Positions 26,041 through 39,255 of a stretch of DNA of 64,000 nucleotides are shown in pieces. The stretch is taken from NCBI GenBank assembly GCA_028534125.1, contig CM052818.1, positions 2,048,001 through 2,112,000 on the forward strand, given 5' to 3'. Under the pieces are notes generated by a model that did not search any database, had not been told where the DNA came from, and worked only from the letters and a program-made list of their open reading frames with translations. Position 1 is the first letter of the stretch; each line of letters starts with the position of its first letter. Made by a program: the position numbers and the translations under genes. The stretch is from Lama glama (lineage: Eukaryota).

Positions 26041-26790
26041 AGTCTATTCAGTGTTTCCCGGAATTGCCCAGAGGTGAAAAGATAAGCTCAGAAGACAGGG
26101 GAGCAGGGAAGTCTGAAAAGCCAGAGCACAGCCCAAATCATGCTGCAGAAGCACCTGCTGGCCCGCACGCTGGGTACCGCAACCACCACTGTTGTTGCCA
26201 CCCCTCAAAACTGGAGGCTGTTGCTGCAGCCACCACCAGAATAATTCTTCCCTGTCCTGGGTTTAATGTCCAGGCAGGGTGCCTCCAACAAGCCCAGGAC
26301 ACATGCCCGGGTCCCAGCTGCACAGAAAGTAAGCGTCTGGCTTCAGCACCTGTAGTAAGAGACGGGATCTGTGTTGCACCAGGACTGGTTCAGTTAGGGA
26401 TGCCTCCAAGCACAGGAAGAGGGTTCAGAGGCTAAGAAGCAAAAACAAAAACAGAAAAAAGGATAAATGTCCCTCCGCAGGCTCAGCCAGCTACCAGCAG
26501 CTGGTGCAGTCAGTGAGTATGTGAAAGAGACACAGGCCTGCGCCTGGACTTCCCACCTCTCTTCACCCACCTGCGGCAGGGGGAGGCGGGGCAGTGGGGA
26601 GGCAGTGAGGCCCAGACCTCAGCATCCTGGCCTCCAGCCACGGTTCCCTGATGCTCAGCAGAAGGCCAATGCTTTTCCTGCCCTCAAGGGCTTCCAGGTT
26701 GGACTAGAGAAAATTTTCACCCACAAGGAACTTCTGGAGAACAGCACAGGGCAAGTGACGGGCCTCAACCTTTCAGAGCCAGTAAGACTT

Positions 26791-26944
26791 GGGCGGAGGG
26801 TAGAGCTCAGTGGTACAGCTCATGCTTAGCATGCACAGGGTCCTGGGTTCAATCCCCACTACCTCCATTAAAATAAATACATAAATAAAAACCCCTAATT
26901 ACCTCCCTCCTCCTACCTCCCACCTACCCCCCCCCAAAAAAAAA
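26791..26944 (+). mobile_element. tRNA-derived camelid SINE (Vic-1-like)
   Basis: A box (tagagctcagtggt), atgcttagcatgcac, B box (gggttcaatcccc), aaataaa...cctaattacctccc tail and poly(A); near-TSD aagactt/aagagtt. Confidence 0.85.
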
Positions 26945-27229
26945 GAGTTAGGAAGACTCAGAGAAGGGATTGGGGATGTCAGGGAGGGTCGGGCACTGAG
27001 CTGGGCCTCGGAAGGAGGTGGAGGGTTTGGGATAGGGGATGAGGGATGAAGGATGAGGGAGGGCATGTTGCTGTGTGCGGGGTTGTGGGCAAAAGGACTT
27101 CCCTGTCCCTTCTCCATCTCCTGTTGAGGTCTGCCCCTGCGGCCTGGGCTGGCCAGCTCTCTCCAGGGCCGGGGACAAGAGAGGACAGTGGTGGCCTGTG
27201 TCCAGACCAGAGCCCAGATAACCGTGATG

Positions 27230-27465
27230 CTCATGGCTAGAAGTCCACTGGGTGCTGGGGTGAGTATGGATTTCAGATCCTCGTCCTGACTCTTCTCACT
27301 TAGACCGAGTGACTTCACCGCGCTGAGCCTCAGTGTCCCCATCTTTAAAGTAAGCAAAACAGTGGTGCCTGCATCATGGGTCTGTCAGGAGGATAACAAT
27401 AAGGTACCAGGTATAAAGTGCTTAGTACACTGTCTGCACATAAAAGCGCCGTGTGAGGGTTAGCC
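27230..27465 (+). mobile_element. MIR SINE
   Basis: gtgacttcaccgcgctgagcctcagtgtccccatctttaaa...aaagtgcttagtacactgtctgcacata. Confidence 0.75.
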
Positions 27466-28299
27466 ATGCTGTCACTGCGGACAATGAGGACGATACAATG
27501 AAGCTAGCTTGCAGGTAAGTGCATAGTAGGCCCCCCCAAAATGCTGTCTCTTTCCCTCTTTCCCTGATTTCCCTGTGCGCTTTCTCCCTTCCCAGATGCA
27601 CAGTGTCCTCAGGGCTGGCCCTCCCCAGGAATGGGACTTGCTTTGGTCATGACCACCTGTCAGATCTCTGAGCCTATAATTAAGGTATGAGGCGAACTCG
27701 GGGGAAGGATGCACACCCAACAGAGGCTCTGCTTCCCTGGTCCAGCCTCAGCTCCCCGGGCTGCCCGGGACTGGACCAGTGCTCTGCGTGCCCGGCCAGG
27801 TCTCGTCTTCCTGGTGAGTCTGTTTCTCGTACAGACTGGGAACTCCCTGGGGACAGGGGACATGTCTGCTACCTGGCTGGGCCGGGGCCAAGGTGGTTGG
27901 TCCTCAGAACAGTGGCGAGTCTCCCTCCCCGCCTCCTCTCATCTCTGCCTCCATGAACCCCACCCCTCCCCAGGAGCAGAGGGCAGGGAGGGGCACGCTG
28001 TGTCTCATCCCACCACAGAGGCTTAAAGGAGCTTCGGGAGCCCTTGGCCTGTAAAAGCATCAAAGCAGGGCTGGCTGGACTCCCTGAGCCTCTGGAATCC
28101 CCCTCCCCAGGTGGGCACAGATTGTACCCCCAAGTTCTTTTGCACCCTCTAGATCCAGTCTCTCAGATCCAGGTCCTGGGCTGCCCTATCGCCTCTCCCA
28201 ACCCGATGGACTGAGCAGGCCTGGGACAGCCCCAGCCGCCTCCTCGCCCCCCTCCCTGCCTCCCCGTCCCCAGCACAGAAGCCCCCGTCAGGGATCACT

Positions 28300-28580
28300 G
28301 CAAAGCACCACGTGGAGATCTAATCTGGGGTGGGGGCGCCAAGCTGAGGCGGGGTGGAAGGGGTCGACGAGAGGAGGAAATTAATGATTAAATAATAGGT
28401 TCCAAATGTAGCGGCTCCGAGTGAAATCCCCAGCCGCAAGCCGGCGGGCTGCACACGCTCGGCCGGGCTCCAGGAGCCCCGAGGAAGCCTGAGCAGGCGG
28501 CAGGGATGCTGGTGGCGACGGCGGCGGCGGGTGGGCAGCTCCCCCCCAGGGCCGGTCAAATGGTCCTGGCCCGGACGCAG
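28300..28580. promoter_or_regulatory. Small CpG-rich element with an AT-rich homeodomain-motif core (candidate enhancer)
   Basis: High CpG retention flanking aaattaatgattaaataat (about 28378-28396); no repeat signature. Confidence 0.4.
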
Positions 28581-31500
28581 GGTCAGCATGGTGCCTGTGG
28601 GGCCCTGGTGATTCCTGATGACAGGTGGGAGCCCTGCCACTTGGATCAAGGCCACCGAGCAGAGCAGGGCCCTTGCAGGGGACACAGCAGTGGTGGCTGG
28701 GCCAGGCGGGCAGGAAGTCTTGGCTGGCAGCTTGGACAGGGCTGCAGCCACTTTTGGCCTCTATGCCTGGGCCTGACACCCCCACCCCCATTTAATTTCA
28801 TCCCTTTATCGTCCTGGATACCCTGAGCCTCAGCTCTTCCCTCAACGAAGCCCCTGCAATGAATCTGAGGGGAGAAGGCGCAGGGAAGGTGTCCCCAGCC
28901 CAGCCCATCACTCCTACCCTAAATATTCCCCTACGATTGCACCCCCTTCCTATGTCCTACTAGGATGCTCACCTCTCATGTGGGGGAGGCAGTCCCCGCA
29001 CTGAAACTCTGATCTTGTCTAGAGCAAATTCTCATTGTGCCTCGGTTTCCTCCTGAACACCAGGGGCTGGGGTTCCCCTATAGCCCTCCCCGGGAACGAG
29101 GACACTTTCGCATGCTTTGTTCTCTTCCCAGTGTAGACCCCCTCAGGGCACCGAAAGTGCATGAGCCAGCAGCCCTGGGCTCTCTGGGTTTGCAGGAATA
29201 TACTACTTTGCGCCCTCGCCACACCTCCTGCCCGTGGCGGGACAGCCCAGGTCTGGGAAGCCCAGGACAAGCATCTTGGCCCCAGGGCTCCTTTCCCCCT
29301 CCTCTGGAACCCTGCTTGGAGCCTGAAATTTTCCACACTGAGACTTTGGCTGCAGACACTGGAACTTTTGCAATTTCCTGACTCGAAAACTGCTCCCCCA
29401 CCCCTGCGCCCTCCACCACATCCCCGCAGGTCTTTTGGGGTGGTCACCTCAGCAGGGGCTCAGAGCCCAGACGTTATGTTGGGACCATAACGCTAGGTCT
29501 TCAGCTGTGGCAAAGTGCACTCTTTGGAAGCTCCCATCACCTGCCTGTCTCGCTGACGGCCTCCCAGGACAATGACTGGCTTAAAGACTCCGGAGGGTAG
29601 AGATCAGTGGGGCAAGAAGGAAACCAATCTCCAGGTAAAGGGGACAGGATGATGGCAGCAGAGTTTCTCTGCACAGCTCCAGCCTTGCAGGACAGATTTA
29701 CTCTGGAGTTTGGGGCCAGTGCTACCCTCCAGGACCAGATGCGGGGATGATGAAGGATGTCTGGGCCTGGGGAGGTGACACACATATCTCCGAAGAGCGT
29801 TGAGTTCAGAGCCTGGGACCAGGAGAAAAACTGGAAGCCAAGAGCCCAACCCTGCTCCCAACAGGCTCACATTGCTGAAGTTGTCACAGGCAGCCCCCGC
29901 TGGCTTCAGAAGGGTGCTTGTGGGCAGGGGACAGCTGCCAAGCTGCCAGGTCGCCCTGCAGGAGTCTACAGGTAGGAGCCGAGAGGGAGCAGTTCTTCTG
30001 AGCTCTGCCCCGCAGCGCTGGGCCCTGTCCTTTTTCCGTCCCCACAGCTTTCCTGAGGGTTTCCTGTATCGTCTAGGGGCTGGCAGCCCAGAGCCAGGCC
30101 GAGGCCCGCCACCAAACTTGTCACCCTCCGCCACACTCTGGGGCACCACTCTTGGGTCACTTTTATGGGCTTCCATTCTCTACTTCTCTGGAAAGGCAGG
30201 CCAGATAAACACCAGGCCGAACAAGCCTGAGGCCTTCCTCTCCCCGGGTCCCCCCACACCGCCTCATCCAAGATCCACACACCGTCCGGGATTGCGCGTG
30301 CACAAGAATTTTAATAAAAACAAGCAATTCAGAAGGTCTGGCGGGGCAGGCAGGCTGGCCGGCCTCATAGACTCGGTGCTATTCCTGGCCTGGGAGGCCA
30401 GGAGGCTCTCCGAGGAACAGGAGCTCCCAAGACAAATACGGAGCAACAAGCAGGCTTTGTCTTCTTCCTTTGAAGATGGAGTGTCCAGGCTGGGACGTGG
30501 CCACACAGGAGGAGAGGGGTGGGCCTGGGAGGGAGGGGGCGAAGCTGGGGTGGTCAGGGCTGCCGGTGGCGGGTGTGCAGGGGCTCAGGTCCTCCAGGAA
30601 GCTCCCCGAGGGTGGGCATTTCGGGGAGGTGTGTGTAAGTCTGAGAGGAAGACGTTTGCCTTGGCTTTGCCACCTGTCTGGCCTCACATAGGCCCCTCAC
30701 TCAACACCTCCCTCCCACACCCAGCTCGATCAGGTGCCTGCCGTCCCCAGCATGAAAACCTGTCATGAAGGGCCCCCGAGCCACGGCACAGACAGGGTGA
30801 AAACAAAACTCAACAACAAAACTGAAAACTTTTCATCCCTTGGTTCTGCAGAGATGGATCTTTTCCAAAAGGAATTTAATTAAAGACAGAAAAAGACCCA
30901 CATCAACCAAGAAATCACACACACATGTGAAAAAGGGCCTGACAGCCCTGGAGTCCTGGCCTAAGAGTGGGGAAATCTGGGCACTGGGTTCCAGGGCCCC
31001 CAGAAGCTGGGCCTGTGGGGGCCACCTCATCTGCAGCCCTTCCAGAAGGCCCTGGGGCTCTCAGCCCTCTTGAGGTGTGAGCTAGGCAGTCTGGTGGCCC
31101 CAGTCAGGGATGCTCAGGTCTTGGCAGCTGCCCAACATCCCTCCAGACTAACGGTGAGAACCTCAGCTTACGCCTTGGGACATAGCCTCTCACTGCCATC
31201 TTGTTTTCAGGATGACAAGGGTTGATGCTCCCTGGTCCTGAACAAAGGACCTCACACACCATGGTCAGATGGCTCTTTCTCTTTTGAGCCAGAGCAGGTC
31301 TACTTTGGTGATTTTAAAATCTGACAAAGTTTTCTTTGTCCAGATCGGTTCCGTTCATTGTGGTCAGCTACAAATCTGCCCCCTTTATGCAGCCAGCACT
31401 CACCAGCCACGTCGAGGCTAGGGCTGTGGTTCAGGCTCCTCCCTAAAAGCTCCCCTTTCTGACCCTAGCCCGGTCTTTTCAGATTTTGACATTGGGTTGT

Positions 31501-32407
31501 CTCCTTTCAAAGCCCTCACCTCATCCCTCAATCAGTTGTTCACCGGGGCTGGTGGCTTCTCCCTGGAACCAGGACGCAGGGTTCCCACTGCTGTGGGGCT
31601 GCCCCTGCCCTGGGTCGGGGGAGGGCTGCTGCCCTGATTCAGCCTGACCCTGAGCTCTCGCATCCGGGCATGGCCCCTCCCAGACAGCCCTCATCCAGGT
31701 TTACCAGGGCCTGAAAGGGAGGTTTAATGAATGAATGAATGAATGAATGAATGGTGAACAGTAAACTCCTATTCAGTCTTCACATACCAAGCCCTTCCCT
31801 CAATGCCCAGTGCCTAGACAGAGCCACTCACTCCATATTCACTTCTTTGCAACTCTCACCACACACTTTAGCACATTGATGTTCATATTACATTATTAGT
31901 TAGACCAATATTGCACATTGATTCTCTGCAAGCCTTGTTTACCTCTGCACCCTCCTAGCATCTAGAGCAATGCCTGGCACATACTAGATGCTCAATAAGT
32001 GACTGCGATGCAGTTTCGAGTTTTCTCAACCTGGGCTGTGAGCCTCTTTCCACCTCCTGCATCCATTCCTGCCTCTTACATCCAAGCCTAAGCTCTTTCT
32101 CTTTCCTTTCCTTACCGTGATCATTCAGGATTCTCCAGGCAGCATTTCTCCTAGGATTCCCGGCTGTAAAGGCCTCTGCATTCCACAAGCTTCTCAAGGG
32201 AAGTGGCCTTACATTCTCTTGGTGTCCCGGATCGTAGCATCATGCGTGGCATTCAGCAAGTAACTGTTGGACAAATAAATAGAAAAGGACTGACTGAAGG
32301 CCTGAGTTAATGAATGGGTGTTTTCCTCAGAGCTTTTGGATATCACTCTAGCTACATAAGTCACTATTTATCAGGATTCCTCCCACTTTCAATTTTCTAA
32401 TTGATTT

Positions 32408-32476
32408 CTTTTTTTAAATTGGAATATAGTCAATTTACAATGTTGTGTTAATTTCTGGTGTACAGCATCGTGATTC

Positions 32477-32511
<35 letters not shown>

Positions 32512-32732
32512 CCTTTTCATATTCTTTTTCGTTATAGGTCATTACAAGGTATTGGATATAGTTCTCTGAGCTATACAGCAGGACCTTATCGTTTATCTAT
32601 TTTATTTATCATAGTTAGTACCTGCAAATCCCAAATTCCCAATTTATCCCTCCCCACTGGTAACCACAAGTTTGTTTCCTATGTCTGTGAGTCTGTCTCT
32701 GTTTTGTAAGTAAGTTCATTTGTGTCATTTTT
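32408..32732 (-). mobile_element. Artiodactyl-type L1 3' end with internal (TG)n
   Basis: aatttacaatgttgtgttaatttctggtgtacagc...gtaaccacaagtttgtttcctatgtctgtgagtctg...ttcatttgtgtc. Confidence 0.85.
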
Positions 32733-32869
32733 AATTTCTTCTTGCCAATCAGAATTAAATTCAAGATTATCCCATTTCCCCCAGTTGCTTTATAGACCTT
32801 CTGGAAGATGACTTTTTTATCTCCTTTCCCCTCCTCCCCACCCCCCAAAAGACATCTTGGGCTCAGCTT

Positions 32870-33222
32870 GGTATCAGTCAGAACAGACCAGGTCATGACA
32901 CAGTAACAAATAGCCCTCAAATACCACTGACTTAAATAGCAAAGATCTGGGCGACTCTCCAGGGCAGAGTCTTCCTTCCGTGTAATGTCTTAATGTTGCA
33001 CCCTCACATCCGCGGCGCTTGCAGAAGACAGAGGCTGCGAGCTGAGCGCAGACAATTTAATCTTTCCACCAGAAGGGGGTGCACTTCCCTTCAGCTCTCA
33101 GTTCACATGCCAAAGCACATCATGTGACCACCCTTAGTTACAGGGGGTGGGGAAACTCAGTCCCCCATGTACCTAGAAGGTGAGGAGACCGGATATTGGG
33201 GAAGAGTGGGGATTCCTACCAC
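32870..33222 (-). mobile_element. MLT1-type LTR remnant
   Basis: gtatcagtcag...cagtaacaaatagccctcaaataccactgacttaa...catcatgtgaccaccc...ctaccaca. Confidence 0.55.
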
Positions 33223-35496
33223 AGAATTGGGGTCAAACTCCAGCCTGCCGAGGCCATTAGAGGTTCAGCCTGTGGCTGAGAAGAGGAGATGAGAAACAGA
33301 ACAATGGGAATGACCCCACCCTCACTCTGAACTGGGCCTCGGCCTTCTCTGTCACTCTAATTACCATACCAGTCACTTCCTATGATTTCTGCCAGGAACT
33401 TTGCCAGGAGCCCTGAGTAATCTCAGCTTCACAGTCAGCACCAGGGAAAACTCCATCCAACTTCTCTTAAGCCAGTGGTTTTTAAGTCAGGCCTGTGGAG
33501 TTGAGGCCTGGGACCCGAGGCCTGAGAGTCCTCTCCTGGGGGGCCTCCAGTCCAAACCTTGTCCCTGCCAAGAGGATGCTCCAGGAAGAGTGACGGGAAA
33601 GAGATGCTCTGCTGGGTTGGGTCCCCCACCACAGCTCCGACCCTGCGGCAGCCGCTCCTAGCCTCCACCTCCTCCCCCCTTCACCCCATGCCCGCTATTC
33701 CTACACCCAGTGATGCCTTTTCCCATCTGGCTTTCTTGGCCAAGCCCCATGGTCTGAGTCCTGAGGGGCAGTCGAGTGGCAGGGCCAGAGAGAGGAGGTT
33801 TGATCTTTGGTTTAAAAATAGGAAGAAGGAGAAGGAGGAAGTGAATGAGTAAATACATACTATCATTTCTGGGGGTAACACGGGGACACAGTGGTGGGGG
33901 TGGGGGAACTTGACTGAGAGCCAGGGTTCCTGTGAGGAAATTGAATCAGAGCCTACAGGATGACAGGGAGCCAGGGCGGCCTGCGGAAGGGACATGGAAG
34001 GAGAGACGAGCCTTTCTCAAGAGAAGGGACTCCCCTGCCCCCGGGGATATGAGGGTTGGGGAGGGATCCGGGGACAAGGTTTGGAGCAGGTGGTTAGAAG
34101 ACAGTAAGGATGTCTGCTTCCTGTGGGTGACTATGTCTTCTTCCCTTGTTCCTGAGAACCGAGAGCAGGTGACCAACACTGCCTTGTTAAACTGATTGTC
34201 AGTGATGTCCTTTTTGGTGCCTATCCTGAAGCCACACAGCTTCTACCCAGTTTAAATCTCTTGGTTTAGTGGGTCGAGTTGCCAGGGACAATTCTTCAAA
34301 AACCTGACAATTTTCATTATTCCAAGCTGCTCCCCTTCTGCCCCCACCGCCCCCCCCCCAACACTATTTATCATTCTAGAGCCTGAACCTTTCTGCAGAA
34401 TTCGCACTTCCTCCCCTGGGCAGGCGGGCTGAGGGCTGCCTGAGGTCCTTGTCTCTGGGGCAGGTAGGAAGGCATCTCAGCCAATGCTGGCCCAAGGCCC
34501 AGCTTTCTGGGGCCTTGCTCCCTCCCCTTGGGTAAATTCGGACACATTCTAAACCTGCTGCAGGACCAGGGCCTCTGCAGTTCCGCCTGAAGGGCATGCA
34601 GATGAGTTCAGGGTATTTATCGGAAGGAATGTGCTATTTGTACAATTCCAGCCTCCAGGAGGGTGGAGGGCAGCACTGAGGGCCTGAAACACTCCATTCA
34701 GAATGGTTCCCAGCACGACTGGGCTCCCAGGCCTGTCCTGGAGGGACAGAGAGGAAAGGACCAGAGTGAGTCAGGGACAACTCAGAGGTAAAGATTGGGG
34801 TAATAGCAGAGCAGACATTTGGTAAATATCTGATGGACGCGTCAGGACACTAAGGAAGCTGAGTCCTGCTGTCGAGATACTGGAAGAGCCCTAGGCTCGC
34901 AGGAGAGGCACTGGTTCACTAAGGTGCTGGTGGGCAGGCAGGTCCCCAGGGCATGGGACTCAGCGTGCCACTGGCCTGGAGAAACCTTGTGAGGCTGCAA
35001 GAGCAAAGTGGGACCCACCTGGGACGGAAGGTGAAATTGGCACGCTCAGGTTATAGCAGTGTTCTTTAAGGTTCATTGTTCGTCATTTTTTAGGGTAAAT
35101 CCCCTTCTCCGCTCTTGACTCTCAGCTTCGCTTGTCTCATTTTGGTTTTCCAGAACCATCTTTTCATCATTGCCCTTTATCTGTGCCTTCCCAGGCTGGC
35201 CTTCACATCACTAAGGACTCGGCATCCCCTGCCTCTCTCCTCTGGGAGTTCTCCTCATGTGGCTTCAGTCGTACCCCTGCAGCCCAGAGCCTGTGATGAG
35301 AATCCAGCATCCTCCTCTGAGATACGGGAGATACCATAAGCAGGCCCTGGCTTGCTTCTCTGTAGCCCCCAAAGCCTCTTTATTACACTGCCATTTCCTC
35401 ATCCTTGGTGTGCAGGGGCTTCACCAGGACTGGGGAAAAAGATAAATGCCAGCTTGGCTCTCCAGGAGCCAAGTATGTTGGGAGAGGCACAGACCA

Positions 35497-35935
35497 CATG
35501 CATGCTAATTGGGGTCTCCCAGGAGCAGACTCTGAGACCAGGATTTCAGTAAGGTAGTCTATTCAAGAAGTGTTTCCAGGAAGCACAAGTATTGGAGTGG
35601 GGACGTGAGACAGGGAGTGAAGGGCGATCAACAGGGGCTATCACTGTGAGCAACTGAAGTTTAATTCCACTGGGGGTTCTCTAGGGGCCAACTAAGATGC
35701 TCATTAGGTAATTTTACCCAAGAGTAAGGGAGCCAGGTATTTTATTGGTTGAGAGCTATTTTCAGGGAGTGTTAATACCCCAATACTTCTAGCCTGCTGC
35801 ACAGAGAACAAAGCTACTGGTAACCAGAGAAACCCCACAGGAAAATGAGTGTGAGCTCTGTTGGTTGGAGGTTGAGCCAGAATGCACTAAAATGGAAAGG
35901 GAAAGAGGATATGGGCACTGACAGCATCTGTTACA
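35497..35935 (-). mobile_element. ERVL LTR (LTR16/LTR33 class)
   Basis: gagcagactctgagaccaggattt...ccaggaagcac...gtgagacaggga...cagcatctgttaca. Confidence 0.6.
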
Positions 35936-35999
35936 ATGTACTAAGGAGTTTGTTTAAAGGAGACAGGGATGAGTAATGGCTCATACTGGAGTTAAATTT

Positions 36000-36860
36000 G
36001 AAGTGGACTTTAAAGATTGGGTACGGTTTAAAAACCAGCAACAAGGAGAGCATTCAAGGCAAGGGGAACAACAAGGGGAAGGTCATGGAAGCAAGACCAC
36101 AGGAACAGTGGGATCTTAGAATGAGTCAAGGGCAGAAAATTTTTGTTAGGTGATGGTCAAGCCATGGAAGGGATGGGAAGACCAGAGATCTATGCACGAA
36201 TGGGAACTGATAGGGTGTTTTCTATGATGAGACCAAGGCAAGCTTTAGGAGGAAGATGATGAGTAGAGGTTTGGGTATGTTGAATTTGAGGTCTCTGTGA
36301 GTCATCCAGTGGAGATGTCTGGTAGGTGGTTGCACAGAGGGATCTGAAGCTGGGGTGACCGGCCCAAGCTGGAGATAGAAATTCCAGTCACCTGCTTAGA
36401 AGTGGAGGTCAAAGCCACTGGACTGCTGGGACCATCAGGAAGAGAAGAGAGTAAAAGAAGGCTCAAGGAGAGTATGAGGGAGAGGAAGAAAACACTTACA
36501 CTTTGGAAGCGAAAAAGAGGAAGAGACGTAAAACAAAGAAGCAAATGAAGAATCAGAAGAACTCAAGAAGCCAAAGGAGGAAGTGTTCTAACAGGGAGTC
36601 AAGGAACAATTTTTAAAAATCTGCCAAAATCAAGGTCAACAAGGGCCATAGTCACAGCAGTTAGAAGGCTCACTGGAGAACAAAGAAGAAATGGTCCCAG
36701 GGTACCATAGGGGGAGACGTCTGATAGTAAAGAGGCCTGAATAGGGGTCATGATCCACCAGTCTTTCAAGAACAACTGTTTTGTGATTAAGTTGCGAATG
36801 AAGGCATTAGCTGATGGGAAGCATTTTTTTTTAAAGATGGAAGTAGATAGCATTTTTAAT
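36000..36860 (-). mobile_element. L2 remnant
   Basis: ttgggtatgttgaatttgaggtctctgtgagtcatccagtggagatgtc, a typical L2 motif. Confidence 0.65.
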
Positions 36861-36914
36861 ACCTATTAAAGTATATATAAAATGAAAGAAAGCCTGTTGC
36901 ATCTTTCAAACTTA

Positions 36915-37065
36915 GGATTAAGACCTGGCAATGAAACTCACCAGCTGTGTGACTTTGAGAAAATTACTTAACCTCTCTAAGCCTGTTTCTTCATCTGTAA
37001 AAATGAGGATAATAATACTTGTCTTTACAGTTGCTCTGAGAATTAAATTGGGTAATGCTCAACAG
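36915..37065 (+). mobile_element. MIR SINE
   Basis: caccagctgtgtgactttgagaaaattacttaacctctctaagcctgtttcttcatctgtaaaaatgagg. Confidence 0.85.
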
Positions 37066-37742
37066 AAAGCCTAAGTTATCTTCAAAAACAGTAAGTTTCT
37101 CTCTATTTGTCTATTTTTCCATCATGTGAAAGAGATTGGTTGGGTTTCCACGAAGGCCAGAGAATATGTTTTGAATGATCTCTTGATAGTAGGGATTTCT
37201 AGAACTCCAGGAACTAAGAAGCTCAGATTTTAATGCTCACATGGAATCCGGAAAGATATGTCCCCTAAAGTTGGAGAGTTGGAATTTATCATTCTTCGTA
37301 ATGTCACAATCTTGAGATGTACCTTTAGTCCAAGAATAGAATAGAATAATGTTTAGCTACCTACTTTCTTTGTCTAAGATCTAGATGTAGAGAAAAACTA
37401 ACCTCTGGGGATGTTTAGCTGTTCATCTGTCCTTATGCGGGTTTTGGCTTTTTGTTTACACTCCTTGAAGGGTCCTCATGAAACGTAGTTCCATCCCAAT
37501 GATGTCCCTAGGATGCCCGGCAGAGGCAAACACAAAGTCCTTGAAGAGCAAGTACTCAACCCAGATAGCACTGGATTCCTACAAATGAAGACCCTCGGGG
37601 ATGAAACTCAGAAAGAAAACATTATGTCATGAGCAAGAGTTAGTAACCCAAACAAGCAGTTGGATTAGACTCTTCAGAATTCACATAATAGAACTATCTG
37701 ATGGATACTATAAAATTAAACATTTTAATTATTAGGGACCAA

Positions 37743-38169
37743 CTCCTGGGCATATACATGGAGAAAAATACAATTCAAAAAGACAAGATTATACTGCATA
37801 GCACAGGGAAATAGATACAAGATCTTGTGGTAGTTCACAGTGGAAAAAAATGTGACAATGAATATACGTATGTTCATGTATAACTGAAAAAATTGTGCTC
37901 TACACTGGAAATTGACACAACATTGTAAAATGACTGTAACTCAATAAAAAATGTTTTTAAAAAAAGACAGTTAATCATGCTATTGTGAATTAAGGTATTG
38001 ATCACCTTTGCTTCAAGCTGCACAACTTTATTTGATTTTCCTCATAGCATTTGCCAGGAATTACAGCACTCTGCTAAGCAGTAAAAGAGATTGGGGGAAT
38101 CCTTGTGTTCCTGATTTTGAAGGGAATGCCTCTAATGCTTTCCTGATAAGCATATAATTTTGGCTTTGT

Positions 38170-38213
<44 letters not shown>

Positions 38214-39124
38214 ATGTCATAAAATCTATGCAAGGCTAAGAAAGTTAGTTTTTACATTCCTACTTTGTAGATGTAGTTTTCTAAAAAGTATTAAACGGTA
38301 AAAAAAAAAAAAGACACATGCACCCCAGTGTTCATAGTAGCACTAGCTACAATAGCCAAGACATGTAAACAACCCAAATGTCCATCAACAGATGACTGGA
38401 AAAAGAAGATGTGGTATATATATACATACAATGGGATACTATTCAGCCATAAAAAAGAATAAAATAATGCTATTTGCAGCAACATAGATGGACCTAGAGA
38501 TCATCATTCTAAGTGAAGTGGGCTGGAAAGAGAAAGAAAAATGCCATATGATATCACTTATATGTGGACTCTAAAAAAAAAAAGGACACAAGTGAACTAC
38601 TTATTATTCATTACTTAGATGATTTCTTGAATACATGAAAGCACACTTCACTGTCCTTTCTGATTGGATTATAGCATTCCGTTGATTCTTATTTTGTGAT
38701 TGGTTTTATTCCTTTGATAACTATGTAAGTTTAAAAAGAGAAAGCTCTAAGGTATTCTTAGAAACAATAAATGGTACTTATATGTAAACTAAACAAATGT
38801 GCAGTATACTGTATATATGTATTTACATGCAATATATTGTGTATGTTGCAATCAAATTGTAACAACTCTACCTAATAAAACTGAAAATTGGAAAGAAAAA
38901 AAAAAGAATGCTACCAGCACCCCAGTGCACTGAGAGGATGAGAGATTACCTGTTCAGTTGGTAAACATTTGGCACAAAATGAATGCAAATTAATTAACTA
39001 AATAACAACAATTGTGCATTTATCATAAAAACACTGTGTAAAAATAAATGAGAAATTATTGAAATACCAGGGATTTGATGAAATTTAAATTAACACCTTT
39101 TGAAATTAATTATAAAGATTTAAA
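37743..39124 (+). mobile_element. Younger artiodactyl L1 fragment with extra 3' sequence, itself interrupted by a second L1 insertion
   Basis: Near-TSD aattattagggaccaa (37727-37742) / aattattaaagaccaa (39125-39140); L1 3' motifs ctcctgggcatatac...catgcaccccagtgttcatag...atggacctagag. Confidence 0.75.
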
Positions 39125-39255
39125 AATTATTAAAGACCAAAATTAAATATATAACAAAAAAACCCAAAAATGCTCTCTAAAAAAGATCAGATGACCTTGA
39201 AAAAGAACCAAATAGAACTTCTAGAAATGAAAAAATGAAAAAATAGAACCATCAA

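Noticed and set aside
26791..26870. tRNA gene (also about 41700-41770)
   Set aside because: A/B boxes are followed by SINE body, A-rich tail and TSD; these are tRNA-derived SINEs.
29800..30768. Longest ORF (322 aa, + strand)
   Set aside because: Non-ATG start, G/A/R/P-rich composition typical of GC-rich non-coding DNA, no recognisable domain or splice context.
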